Source: an uncultured Acidobacteriaceae bacterium
GTDB taxonomy: Bacteria > Acidobacteriota > Terriglobia > Terriglobales > Acidobacteriaceae
Direction of reading: 5' to 3'
DNA length: 64,000 bases
Assembly: GCA_964541925.1 (NCBI GenBank)
Contig: CAZISB010000001.1
Span: 83,605 to 147,604 of the forward strand
Notes under the pieces: model-generated
Database searches by the model: none
Told to the model about the DNA's origin: nothing
What the model saw: the letters and a program-made list of their open reading frames with translations, nothing else
Made by a program: the position numbers and the translations under genes
Part shown: positions 54,624 to 63,838 of the stretch, in pieces
How positions within the stretch are numbered: the first letter of the stretch is position 1
How the letters are laid out: each line of letters starts with the position of its first letter

Positions 54624-55108
54624 CTCACTCCTTCCGCCACCCCGCCCGCAGGCTTGATGGAGGCAATAATCTGTTCCTGCTCGTGCTTGCGCTCGTGGTG
54701 CGCCATTTGATGGTTCAGGTCGGAGAGCATCACGTGCTCCAGCGCATCACGCAGAGCATCGCCGATAATCTGCGAGTTGCTCTTGATGGCGCACGAGCGC
54801 TCCATGTTGCAAAGCCCTTTCACGATGCTGCATTCGGTAAAGCCGATTGGCCCTTCCAGCGCCAGCACGATCTCCGCTACTGAAATTTCTCCGGCATTGC
54901 GGGCCAGGTTGTAACCCCCCTTTACACCGCGATGCGAGCTCAAAAGCCCGTGCTCTGAGAGCTGCCGTAGAATCTTGCCCACCGTGGGCAGCGGCACCCG
55001 CGTAGCTTTGGCCAGACTGCGCGCCGTATGCGGTGTCTCTTTCGGGCCACGCGCCACGTGCGCCATGAGCACAATGCCGTAATCCGTCAGTTTGTTAAGT
55101 CTGAACAT
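54620..55108 (-). CDS. Rrf2 family transcriptional regulator (IscR/SufR-like)
   Basis: I start it at [19 protein letters not shown] (55108). It has a winged helix and a Cys cluster ([15 protein letters not shown]). It overlaps the sufB start by 4 nt. Confidence 0.85.
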   Translation of the reverse strand: MFRLNKLTDYGIVLMAHVARGPKETPHTARSLAKATRVPLPTVGKILRQLSEHGLLSSHRGVKGGYNLARNAGEISVAEIVLALEGPIGFTECSIVKGLCNMERSCAIKSNSQIIGDALRDALEHVMLSDLNHQMAHHERKHEQEQIIASIKPAGGVAEGVR

Positions 55109-55146
55109 GAAGCTTTCAGCCGTGCCCACAGAGCTGACACAGGCCA

Positions 55147-55177
55147 GATACAATACTAATCCAGTATTATTTTATCC
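55147..55177. promoter_or_regulatory. imperfect palindrome in the Rrf2/SDR divergent promoter region (candidate Rrf2 operator)
   Basis: gatacAATACTaatccAGTATTattttatc, with the core AATACT-N5-AGTATT. Confidence 0.3.
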
Positions 55178-55230
55178 TGTTGGGCAGTGGAAAACAAGAC
55201 CAAAGCGGTCTGGATTCGGGAGTGAATGAA

Positions 55231-55947
55231 ATGGCAGGTAGATTTTCGAATCAAGTGGCACTGATTACTGGCGGTACAGGCGGGCTGGGTCGCGCGATTA
55301 CCTTGGCTTTTCTGCATGAGGGAGCATCAGTTATTGCAACCTATATAAAGAAGGATGAGGCGGAGGCCCTGCGCGATGCAGTGGGCTCTCACGCTCATCT
55401 GGAACTGCTGCCGCTTGACGCGACAGACGAAGCTGCCTGCCGCGCTTTGGTGGATGGAATTACAGCTAGGCACGGCCGACTCGATGTGCTGGTAAATGCC
55501 ATTGGCGGTTACGCCGGCGGAAAACCACTGTGGGAAACGGACCGGAAAACTTACGACCTCATGCTGGCTCTGAACCTGCACGCAGGTTACAACCTGGCCC
55601 GTGCAGTTGTTCCGGTGATGCTGCGAGCACAGAGCGGCGCGATTGTGAACATCGCCTCAAAAGCAGCGTTCGATCATGCTGCGGGAAACGCGGCGTATGC
55701 GGCTGCGAAAGCCGGGGCGCTGGCAATGTTTGATTGCCTGGCTGCGGAGGTAAAAGGCACCGGCGTGCGCGTGAATTCTGTCTTGCCGAGCATTATTGAT
55801 ACCGAGGCGAATCGCAAGGCGATGCCGGACGCAGATTTTTCCAAATGGCCCAAGCCGGAACAGATTGCACAGGTGATTCTGTTTCTATGCAGCCCTGAGG
55901 CGAAGCTGGTGCATGGAGCGGCGGTACCGGTGTATGGAGAGAGTTGA
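55231..55947 (+). CDS. SDR family oxidoreductase
   Basis: I start it at the ATG at 55231. It has TGGTGGLG and YAAAK (the YxxxK motif). Confidence 0.85.
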   Translation: MAGRFSNQVALITGGTGGLGRAITLAFLHEGASVIATYIKKDEAEALRDAVGSHAHLELLPLDATDEAACRALVDGITARHGRLDVLVNAIGGYAGGKPLWETDRKTYDLMLALNLHAGYNLARAVVPVMLRAQSGAIVNIASKAAFDHAAGNAAYAAAKAGALAMFDCLAAEVKGTGVRVNSVLPSIIDTEANRKAMPDADFSKWPKPEQIAQVILFLCSPEAKLVHGAAVPVYGES

Positions 55948-56174
55948 GTCCATGGCACATAAAAGTTGTTTATCTCCCACATAAAAACAATCAATTTCAA
56001 ATCCTCAGGCCGGACGGTTATCGTGGAAATGCTGGAAAAGGCGGTGACGGCCGGCATCCAGCCAAACAACTGAAATCCAATATTCCTCCAGCGTTCTTGC
56101 GCGCTTTGCCAACTCGCAGAAATGCGCGCGGTTGAACGACAGGACGGACGACGCAATTAGGAGAAGACAGAATC

Positions 56175-57599
56175 ATGTCTGACACAAAAGGCAATCCCAA
56201 GGCGGTGCTGGAATTTGCGCAGAAGAACGGCGCCAAGCTGCTGGACCTGCGCTTCACCGATCTTCCCGGCCTGTGGCACCACGTTTCATTTCCCCTGGGA
56301 CAATTCTCTGAAGCTTCATTTGAAGACGGCTTTGGCATGGACGGCTCGTCCATCCGCGGCTGGGCGGCGATCCATGAGAGCGACATGCTGCTCATTCCCG
56401 ATCCGAATTTCTACATCATGGACCCGTTCACTGAGGCGCCTACGCTGGTGATGGTGGCGGACGTGATCGACCCGGTGACCAAGCAGCGTTATGACCGCGA
56501 TCCGCGCTACATCGCCAAGAAGGCAGAGATGTATCTGATGTCAACCGGCGTGGCGGATACGGCGTACTTCGGCGCAGAGGCTGAGTTCTTCATCTTTGAC
56601 AACGTGCGCTTTGATCAGAAAGAGAACCAGGGCTTCTACTTCATCGATGCGGAAGAAGGCCGCTGGAATTCAGGGCGGCAGGAGAACAATCTGGGATATC
56701 GGCCGCGATATAAAGAAGGTTACTTCCCTGTTCCGCCCACAGATCATTACCAGGACCTGCGCACCGAGATGGCGATGACCATGCAAGCCTGCGGGCTTGA
56801 GGTGGAGTGCCATCACCACGAGGTGGCCACCGGCGGGCAGACGGAAATTGACCTGAAGTTCAACAAAATGGTGCGCTCGGCCGACAACATGATGCTCTAC
56901 AAGTACATCGTGAAGAACGTGGCCAATCAGTACGGCAAAACCGTCACGTTCATGCCTAAGCCGCTCTTCAATGACAATGGCAGCGGCATGCATACACATC
57001 AGTCGCTGTGGAAAGACGGCAAGCCGCTCTTTGCCGGCGATGGATATGCAGGCCTGTCGCAGATGGCGTTGTGGTATATCGGCGGGCTGATTAAGCACGG
57101 GCCAGCATTGGCGGCGATCATCGCGCCGACCACAAATTCTTACAAGCGCCTGGTGCCCGGGTTTGAAGCGCCGGTCAATCTGGCATACTCAAGGCGCAAC
57201 CGCTCTGCAGCTTGCCGCATTCCGATGTACTCGGCCTCACCCAAGGCCAAGCGCGTGGAGTTCCGCCCGCCTGATCCGAGCTGCAATCCGTATATTGCTT
57301 TTGCGGCGATGATGATGGCAGGGTTGGATGGCATCGAAAACAAGATTGATCCCGGGCAGCCGCTGGATAAGGACATCTATGATCTTGGCCCCGAGGAGTT
57401 GAGAAAAGTTCCCTCCATGCCGGGTGCGCTCGATGAAGCTCTGGACGCTCTCGAAGCCGATCATCAGTTCCTGCTCAAAGGCGACGTCTTCACCGAAGAC
57501 CTGCTGACAACGTATATCGACTACAAGCGCGCGAAAGAGGTGGATGCGATGAGGCTGCGGCCGCATCCGTATGAGTTTGCGCTGTATTACGATATTTAG
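56175..57599 (+). CDS. glnA: type I glutamine synthetase
   Basis: 474 aa with strong family-wide similarity ([31 protein letters not shown]). Confidence 0.97.
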   Translation: MSDTKGNPKAVLEFAQKNGAKLLDLRFTDLPGLWHHVSFPLGQFSEASFEDGFGMDGSSIRGWAAIHESDMLLIPDPNFYIMDPFTEAPTLVMVADVIDPVTKQRYDRDPRYIAKKAEMYLMSTGVADTAYFGAEAEFFIFDNVRFDQKENQGFYFIDAEEGRWNSGRQENNLGYRPRYKEGYFPVPPTDHYQDLRTEMAMTMQACGLEVECHHHEVATGGQTEIDLKFNKMVRSADNMMLYKYIVKNVANQYGKTVTFMPKPLFNDNGSGMHTHQSLWKDGKPLFAGDGYAGLSQMALWYIGGLIKHGPALAAIIAPTTNSYKRLVPGFEAPVNLAYSRRNRSAACRIPMYSASPKAKRVEFRPPDPSCNPYIAFAAMMMAGLDGIENKIDPGQPLDKDIYDLGPEELRKVPSMPGALDEALDALEADHQFLLKGDVFTEDLLTTYIDYKRAKEVDAMRLRPHPYEFALYYDI

Positions 57600-57622
57600 C
57601 TTCTAGCTTCTAGCCCCTAGCC
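57597..57622. repeat. tandem heptamer array (TAGCTTC type)
   Basis: tagcttc tagcttc tagcccc tagcc. It starts at the glnA stop codon. Confidence 0.7.
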
Positions 57623-57624
57623 AG

Positions 57625-57654
57625 AAAGCCTGCTGCGAGGCAGGCTTTTTGTTT
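57625..57654 (+). terminator. intrinsic terminator of glnA
   Basis: AAAGCCTGC tgcgag GCAGGCTTT followed by TTGTTT. Confidence 0.8.
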
Positions 57655-57943
57655 CCTAACTGTGCCGGCTGGGCTAACTTCTTGCGCGCCTCCGGCGCTC
57701 GCGGTTTGCAGTTCCAGATCTATTCGTTGGTCGCGAACTCTGGTGCAGCTCTGATCTACTTGCTCCCGACCGCTGATGCAGTGCGCATGAATAGCACAAA
57801 TGTCATTTGTTGCGATTGGCATGCGGACGTAGCATACGTCTCTACGGTGAAAGATTCGCGCTTCGCCGGCTTTGCTTTGACCGGGAGATAGCGGCGACAG
57901 CTAGCAGCTTGGATTTACAATGTCGCTTCGCGAAGGAGCCAAC

Positions 57944-58921
57944 ATGCGCGCTGTGCTGTGCAAGGAATGGGGTGGACCGGAAAAGCTCGTGGTGGAAGAT
58001 GTGCCTTCTCCGCCGATCAGGGACGGCGCGGTGCGAATTGCCGTCGAGGCTGCGGGCATCAACTTTGCGGATCTGCTGCTGATCTCCGGCCAATATCAGG
58101 AGAAGCCTCCGTTCCCGTTTACTCCAGGCATGGAAGCTGCGGGGACGGTGACTGAAGTCGGCGCGGGCGTGAGCACGTTCAAAGCCGGTGATCGGGTGAT
58201 GGCGCTGACCGGCACCGGCGGATATGCGGAAGAGATAGTCATCGACGCCAATCGCGTTTACAAGATTCCCGACAAGATGGACTTTGCTGCGGCCGCAGGA
58301 TTTCCCGTGACCTATGGCACTTCACACGGAGCTTTTGATTGGCGCGCGCACCTCAAAGCCGGCGAAAGGCTGCTGGTGCATGGCGCTGCGGGCGGAGTCG
58401 GGCTCACGGCAGTTGAGATTGGCAAGGTGATGGGCGCGAAGGTGATTGCCTGCGCCGGCAGCGCGGAAAAGCTAGAGATCGCGCGACAGTATGGAGCAGA
58501 CCACCTGATTGACTATTCGCGAGAGGACATCCGCGAACGGGTGAAGACGATCACCGGCGGCCACGGAGCGGACGTGATCTACGATCCGGTGGGCGGTGAC
58601 GCATTTGACGCCAGCCTGCGCTCGATCGCCTGGGGCGGGCGCATCATCGTGATTGGCTTCGCTTCGGGACGCATTCCACAAGCGCCGGCGAACATACTGC
58701 TGGTAAAGAACATTGATGTAATCGGCTTCTACTGGGGTTCGTACCAGGCGCGCAAGCCGGAGCTGCTGCGCGAGTCATATGCCAAGCTGCTGGGCTGGTT
58801 TGAAGAAGGCAAACTCAAGCCGCATGTGTCGGCACAGATTGATCTGAAGGACGTTGCGAAGGCGATGGAGTTGCTGCGGCAGAGGAAGTCAACGGGAAAA
58901 GTAGTGTTGCGGATGAAATAG
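57944..58921 (+). CDS. NADPH:quinone oxidoreductase family (MDR superfamily) protein
   Basis: ATG at 57944 after GAAGGAG. It has the GAAGGVG nucleotide-binding motif and an about 325 aa zeta-crystallin-like layout. Confidence 0.9.
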   Translation: MRAVLCKEWGGPEKLVVEDVPSPPIRDGAVRIAVEAAGINFADLLLISGQYQEKPPFPFTPGMEAAGTVTEVGAGVSTFKAGDRVMALTGTGGYAEEIVIDANRVYKIPDKMDFAAAAGFPVTYGTSHGAFDWRAHLKAGERLLVHGAAGGVGLTAVEIGKVMGAKVIACAGSAEKLEIARQYGADHLIDYSREDIRERVKTITGGHGADVIYDPVGGDAFDASLRSIAWGGRIIVIGFASGRIPQAPANILLVKNIDVIGFYWGSYQARKPELLRESYAKLLGWFEEGKLKPHVSAQIDLKDVAKAMELLRQRKSTGKVVLRMK

Positions 58922-59001
58922 CCTCTATTGGCTATATCGATTTTCGAGGATTGATGTAGACACTCCTCCGCCCATTCACGAGCAAAAGCGGCGCGCGGTC
59001 C

Positions 59002-59055
59002 TGCCTGTGCCTGCATCCTTCAAGTTTCATCAAGCACAGGCAAGAGTGCCTGTGC
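59002..59055. repeat. REP-like element with alternative hairpins
   Basis: TGCCTGTGC (59002-59010), GCACAGGCA (59034-59042), TGCCTGTGC (59047-59055). The last two form a perfect 9 bp stem with a 4 nt loop. Confidence 0.7.
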
Positions 59056-59088
59056 CACATAATTCAGAAGAATTTTTGGAAGTTGAAG

Positions 59089-59116
59089 GCTAGCAGCTAA
59101 TAGCTAGACGCTAAGC
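59089..59116. repeat. tandem heptamer array (GCTANNN type), opposite orientation to 57597-57622
   Basis: gctagca gctaata gctagac gctaagc. Confidence 0.6.
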
Positions 59117-59379
59117 TATTTCTTCTGCAGGCGTAGGCCTTCTTCCTTGAGGCGGAGGAACCAGAGATAGATTTCGTCCACGCGCGTAATGTCACGATCG
59201 AGCGTAGGCTGATCGGCGTAGCGGCGGATTATCTGCTCGTCATAGCGGACTTTGAGGACGTCAACGATTTCAAACAGCTCGTTGACTTTGGCGTGCATGA
59301 TACGCAAATCGGCAACGAGCCTTACTTCTTCAATATCAAGCCACCGTTGCGTAACCGGCTCTTCGGTTTTTTTATTCAT
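59116..59379 (-). CDS. hypothetical helical protein
   Basis: 87 aa, 15 nt downstream of the MEDS gene. No family recognised. Confidence 0.4.
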   Translation of the reverse strand: MNKKTEEPVTQRWLDIEEVRLVADLRIMHAKVNELFEIVDVLKVRYDEQIIRRYADQPTLDRDITRVDEIYLWFLRLKEEGLRLQKK

Positions 59380-59394
59380 TCGGTGTTTTGCACC

Positions 59395-59940
59395 TCAGTG
59401 AACCAGCACATGAGAATGAACGTGGCAAATTTCTTCCAGAGCAGCATCATCAACGCTGCTCACAAAACTCCAGCGCGGATAGGCGCAGTGAAGATGAAAG
59501 GCGCTATCATTCAGTGCCTCATTCCAGAGCGCTTCCAGCTCGTGCGCCGCCTGCTTATTCCCCTGCTCCCAGAGGACAGCGACCATCTCGCCAAAAACAG
59601 TAAGGCCGCGGTCCTTGCTGCGAGCATTCTGCCTGGCCCGGTTCAGCAAATTGCCCACGGAGTGCTTAAACAGGGTGGGATCGGGGCGCCCGTTCAGCAT
59701 GAACGTGGCTAGCGTGTCTTCCGCGTCATACATGGTGAAACGGCCCTCGCGAGCGTGCTGCGGGACGTCAACGCCGGCCTCGGCCAGCTCTCTTATAAGT
59801 TGATCACGATGAAATGCCGTGGCTACAATCAAGACAGAATTACCAACCTTGAGACCAGAAGAGACAACACCGCACAGGCGCGTAATGAGAGATGAGTGCT
59901 CGTCGTAAAGATGAACGGAATGAACTGACGCACTGGACAT
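59395..59940 (-). CDS. MEDS domain protein (DcmR-like sensory domain), stand-alone
   Basis: 181 aa with VHLYDEHSSLITRLCGVVSSGLKVGNSVLIVAT...GLTVFGEMVAVLW, which matches the MEDS layout as I remember it. Confidence 0.65.
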   Translation of the reverse strand: MSSASVHSVHLYDEHSSLITRLCGVVSSGLKVGNSVLIVATAFHRDQLIRELAEAGVDVPQHAREGRFTMYDAEDTLATFMLNGRPDPTLFKHSVGNLLNRARQNARSKDRGLTVFGEMVAVLWEQGNKQAAHELEALWNEALNDSAFHLHCAYPRWSFVSSVDDAALEEICHVHSHVLVH

Positions 59941-60039
59941 AGGAAATCTGATGCAAGCCTCAAACAGCCGGTTAGCTTGGAAATTATGCCATAGAGAATG
60001 CGGTGAAACGAAGGTAATCAGATGAATACCGGTATTTTT

Positions 60040-60252
60040 TCAGCCGGCCTTCTGAATTTTGAATCTTTTCGGCTTTATCTGCCAAAGATCCAGCGAGGTA
60101 TCCGCCAGTTCCAATAATCTGTTTGCTGGCGGTGGCGTGTTGCTTTCAAGCAACGGAGCCTTGGTCCGGGTATTGAGGCTATAGCGTGGAGAGAGCCAGA
60201 CGCGGTCTTGCTTGCTGCTGGATTTTTGGGCCTTGCCTTTGTTTTTTGTCAT
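60040..60252 (-). CDS. possible basic 70 aa protein
   Basis: An ORF only: Lys-rich N-terminus, no clear SD. Confidence 0.25.
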   Translation of the reverse strand: MTKNKGKAQKSSSKQDRVWLSPRYSLNTRTKAPLLESNTPPPANRLLELADTSLDLWQIKPKRFKIQKAG

Positions 60253-60284
60253 GGACCGTAATTAAAGTTTCAGACGCCACAAGG

Positions 60285-60536
60285 TCATCCAGCAATCTTG
60301 TAATCTTCAGAGATCCTGAAAAACTCAGTGAGAATTTCTCCGCTGCGGAAGGGCAAGATCAACTGATCCTTGATTGTACGGGCCAGCTCAAATCTGACCT
60401 CTTCTCCGCAATGCCGACAGCATGGAAACACGTCACTCCTCCGCAGGGCAGCTTCATGCATGAGACGGTGCGCATCGTGATAAACACGATAAATACCGCT
60501 CTCCCTGACGCATTCTCCTGGCAGAAACCTGTTCAT
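60285..60536 (-). CDS. small CxxC protein, paralog B
   Basis: I start it at the internal Met at 60536. GECVRESGIYRVYHDAHRLMHEAALRRSDVFPCCRHCGEEVRFELAR aligns with the 63306..63578 product. Confidence 0.55.
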   Translation of the reverse strand: MNRFLPGECVRESGIYRVYHDAHRLMHEAALRRSDVFPCCRHCGEEVRFELARTIKDQLILPFRSGEILTEFFRISEDYKIAG

Positions 60537-60746
60537 TTGGCCCCCCGTAGACGAATTGGCGGAGCGGCTACAAAGGTCGCAAATATGATGCAGGTATAGC
60601 GCAGAGCTGTTGCTTATTTGGGATGAAAAAAGACTCAACACGATACTGGCAGGCTTCAGCGGGCGCCTGCGAAGCCTTGAGCATCGGCTGATGCGCCGCC
60701 CTTCCACAAGAACGTGGAAAGGGCGGGCATCGCACTTTTTTAGAAT

Positions 60747-62735
60747 TTAGTCTTCATCTTCTGCATTCAGCTTGGAAATGCGCGTGGACCAATTTCCAAA
60801 TGATCCGCGTGTATTGCCGCAGGTGAAATTGGAGGCGATATAGGTGCTGAGGTTGCAAGTTTGTCCGATGTACTCGCTGGCAATCCAGAGAGTATTGCCA
60901 TCGACGGCTGCCGCGCCATAGTCACCCCAGCGTGGACGCGGCGGGTTGACGATCTGCGGGTAATCCACAAAATCATCGGATGGGCCTGCGCCCGCCGCAG
61001 CAACGTGAACCGGACCGGCACCCTTGTTTGCGCTAAGCGAGGTGAATCCGGCGCTGGGGAAGTTGTCCGGGCCAACAACAGTGAATGCCATTACGCCGTG
61101 ACCGTCATCAGTCACAGCAATGGCTGGATATGTAACATTATTATTCGGCACACCCACGATGCCTTGATTCACAACCTGGCCCGTAATAGTGCCCTGCGCT
61201 GTTTGTGGCTTGATCACGAAGAAGGCGGCGCCGGCAAGGTTGTTCCCATTGATGCTGACGGCGCTATCAAGCGCGCCAAACAGCTTGCCATCAGCCAGGA
61301 AAACCTGCTGCATGCGTGAATCATTGCTGGGCAGCTTGGCCAGGGTCTCAGGAAAGGGCCCGCCCGATGCAATAAAGAAGCGCCAGCAGCCGTTCAGCTT
61401 AGGCGTGACCGGAAACAATCCGTCCGCCAGGCACTGCCCCAGCGGGAAGTCACCGGGTTTCTGCACCGAGCGCGGCGGGACTGCGTACTGCTGAGTATCA
61501 ACCAGGCCGGTGTTGAGGGTTACGTTTGGCGTTGCATCATTGAGAGAGGCGGTATTGCCAAGGCTCCAAAGCACTAACTGATTGAAGGCGCCGGTATTCG
61601 AAAAGACAGCAAGAGAGCTCAGCGCGAACTCCCCGCGGCCGCCATCGCCATCACTTCCGGTTGAAAGCGCCGGCCAGACCGTGAAGCCGGGCAAACCGTA
61701 AGGCTGACTGGCTGCAAGTCCGGCGGTATCAAATAGCACTACATTCGTTGGCCCGCCACTGATCAAGCCCTGCTTGGAGACGGCATAAATCTGCGCGCCA
61801 TGGAAGCTCGGGCCAAAGAGATCGAATTCATTGGTGGTGATGTAGAGGCCGTTCTGGTCCATGCCGATGTGCGGATAGTCACCCAGGCATGGTCCGTGAA
61901 CCAGCTTGATGATGTTGTTGATGCGAACACGCGCCTGGCAATTGTGATCGGGTGTACCGTCAGTGCCATCGTTCTGGGCGGGAATGCTGAAGATTGTCCA
62001 GGGGTCAAGCGGATTGGCAGTGGTGCTGACCGCAATATCGAGATGGTTTTTCCCGCTGAGGCTTTGCGTGTTGATATTGACCCGGTCCAACGTGAGCACC
62101 ACATGGAACCAGCGCTGTGTTACCGGATCAAAGTGGCATGTTGGATCGGTGATGGACGGACCGAAGGTCAGCGGGCTGGCTGCGCGGTTAATCGCCGCCG
62201 GATAGTGATAGAAGGTGTTCAGATCCGTCACACGCAGCGGAACCGGGCTGCTGGTGTTGAATACTGCAAGCACGTCATTGACTGACTCAAGCACAAATCC
62301 ATTGCCAACGCACAATGCCTGGTCAGGAGGAGCCACGGAGAACTGGTTTCCGTTATTGGCGAACCGCTGCTGGAAAAAATTCAGGCCTTCAAAGCTGCTG
62401 AGCAGTTGCGGATTCGCTTCAGCCCAATCGTGCCCTTTGGTTTCGCGGCCGGTACCAGAGGTAATTGCAATGCTGCGATTGATTTTTGTCTTACCATCGG
62501 CTCCGCCGCCAGTTCCCTGAAGATCGAAGCCAAGATCACCGTCACCATCGTCACCGCTCAACGCGGAATCTATCTCCGGAAACTGAATTCCGGGAGCGCC
62601 GACAGTGGTGTTCTGTATCTGTGTAGTTCCTGAGCTTTGAATCTGGCGCAGTTGCTGCGCTTGAAAATTTATGGGAAGAAGCGCAACTGCAACGGCAGTC
62701 GCGATCAGAGGAAGCGAAAAAGGACGCACTTTCAT
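60747..62735 (-). CDS. secreted 662 aa hypothetical protein (probably beta-rich)
   Basis: ATG at 62735 after AGGAG, and the signal peptide MKVRPFSLPLIATAVAVALLPINFQAQ. No family recognised. Confidence 0.7.
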   Translation of the reverse strand: MKVRPFSLPLIATAVAVALLPINFQAQQLRQIQSSGTTQIQNTTVGAPGIQFPEIDSALSGDDGDGDLGFDLQGTGGGADGKTKINRSIAITSGTGRETKGHDWAEANPQLLSSFEGLNFFQQRFANNGNQFSVAPPDQALCVGNGFVLESVNDVLAVFNTSSPVPLRVTDLNTFYHYPAAINRAASPLTFGPSITDPTCHFDPVTQRWFHVVLTLDRVNINTQSLSGKNHLDIAVSTTANPLDPWTIFSIPAQNDGTDGTPDHNCQARVRINNIIKLVHGPCLGDYPHIGMDQNGLYITTNEFDLFGPSFHGAQIYAVSKQGLISGGPTNVVLFDTAGLAASQPYGLPGFTVWPALSTGSDGDGGRGEFALSSLAVFSNTGAFNQLVLWSLGNTASLNDATPNVTLNTGLVDTQQYAVPPRSVQKPGDFPLGQCLADGLFPVTPKLNGCWRFFIASGGPFPETLAKLPSNDSRMQQVFLADGKLFGALDSAVSINGNNLAGAAFFVIKPQTAQGTITGQVVNQGIVGVPNNNVTYPAIAVTDDGHGVMAFTVVGPDNFPSAGFTSLSANKGAGPVHVAAAGAGPSDDFVDYPQIVNPPRPRWGDYGAAAVDGNTLWIASEYIGQTCNLSTYIASNFTCGNTRGSFGNWSTRISKLNAEDED

Positions 62736-62908
62736 CTGCACTTCTCCTTGCAACAATGTAGAAGCTGGACCGCTCTGATAGGTGCCGAATCAGCAGCAAA
62801 GGATGCCCTTCCCTCTGGAAACAATAAAGACTTAACCCTACTAAGGCGGAAATATGGCGTTTGGAGCAATGGGACTGACAGTGCACGTTGGGATGTAGCG
62901 TATCCTCA

Positions 62909-63181
62909 TCAACTGCGAACAAAACTTACGGTAGGGTGGCTGCAGGCCTGGCGCAATTGGTTCCACTGTTCAGCTAGATAGACGTGCATGTCCGCTTCAG
63001 ACCAGAAGACCTTCGACCTGAATCCGCAGCTTGAACATTTAAGAGCAATGTCAGAATTTTCAACGTGAGGATCAATACGGCGGGCACAGGTTAGGCAGTG
63101 AATGTCTCCGGGAACAAAGCCGGTTTCCGGAGCACAGTCTGCAATGAATCGCAGTCCATCGGCATCCCTTGTGATTTGCAT
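62909..63181 (-). CDS. small protein with two CxxC pairs
   Basis: ATG at 63181 after a G-rich SD. It has CLTCARR ... CSSCGF. Confidence 0.5.
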   Translation of the reverse strand: MQITRDADGLRFIADCAPETGFVPGDIHCLTCARRIDPHVENSDIALKCSSCGFRSKVFWSEADMHVYLAEQWNQLRQACSHPTVSFVRS

Positions 63182-63200
63182 TCTTCCCCCCACATAGTGC

Positions 63201-63238
63201 AGACACTATTTATTAAGAAAGACACTATTTATTAAGAA
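63201..63238. repeat. perfect 19 bp tandem direct repeat in a promoter region
   Basis: agacactatttattaagaa occurs twice (63201-63219 and 63220-63238), 20 nt upstream of the ATG at 63181. Confidence 0.9.
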
Positions 63239-63305
63239 GAAGATGGTGAAGGATGAATGCGTTGCCTGCGGCTGGATTAACCTCAGTGGAAACCAGAGTG
63301 GGAGA

Positions 63306-63578
63306 CTACGCTTCCACTATGTCGGCTTGCTTTTCGTCGTCGTCCAGAACAGGAAGCTCATACACGCGAACCGGGTGATATTGAAAGCCAGCACGAGCCG
63401 CCCGAATCAATTGGAATTTGACCAGGTGATCGCATTTTGAGCAGCGGGGAAAGAAATCCCCGGAAATTAGAATTACTTCATGAGGAACGCGGTGCTCAGA
63501 ATGAGTGACGTTGTAAATACCACTGAAGGGGACAGTTTCACCAGTGGAATATTGACGTTTTGGGGCCGTGTGCTTCAC
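63306..63578 (-). CDS. small CxxC protein, paralog A
   Basis: 90 aa. GETVPFSGIYNVTHSEHRVPHEVILISGDFFPRCSKCDHLVKFQLIR is about 40 percent identical by eye to paralog B over 48 aa. Confidence 0.6.
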   Translation of the reverse strand: MKHTAPKRQYSTGETVPFSGIYNVTHSEHRVPHEVILISGDFFPRCSKCDHLVKFQLIRAARAGFQYHPVRVYELPVLDDDEKQADIVEA

Positions 63579-63743
63579 GTTTTAAAAGCCAAAACAAATC
63601 TTATAACAAAATGAGAGTTCTTTTATGTTGAAATAATGCGCCAGCGCCTTCTTTTTCAACAAAATAAGTGAGCTGCCGGTTTACGGCAGATGGCTCTGTT
63701 CTCTTTTTGGACTAATTTCCCTCTGACCTTAATTTCGATCACA

Positions 63744-63764
63744 TGTTGATCAGTGGTGAGATTT
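63744..63764. repeat. single arm of the CTCACCACTGAT repeat family
   Basis: The minus strand reads aaatctcaccactgatcaaca. Compare 38961-38980 and 32459-32475. Confidence 0.55.
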
Positions 63765-63838
63765 CATTGCTTTGCAAATCGGCGTGGTATCCGCACAATT
63801 CGCGTGCAATTTCAACCTGCCGTCTCAGCAGCGAAAGT

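Noticed and set aside
55953-55975. TGGCAC sequence upstream of glnA, considered as a possible sigma-54 (-24/-12) promoter.
   Set aside because: The downstream element is GTTGT rather than TTGC, and the spacing is off by 1-2 nt. It also overlaps the end of the SDR gene region. This is not convincing.
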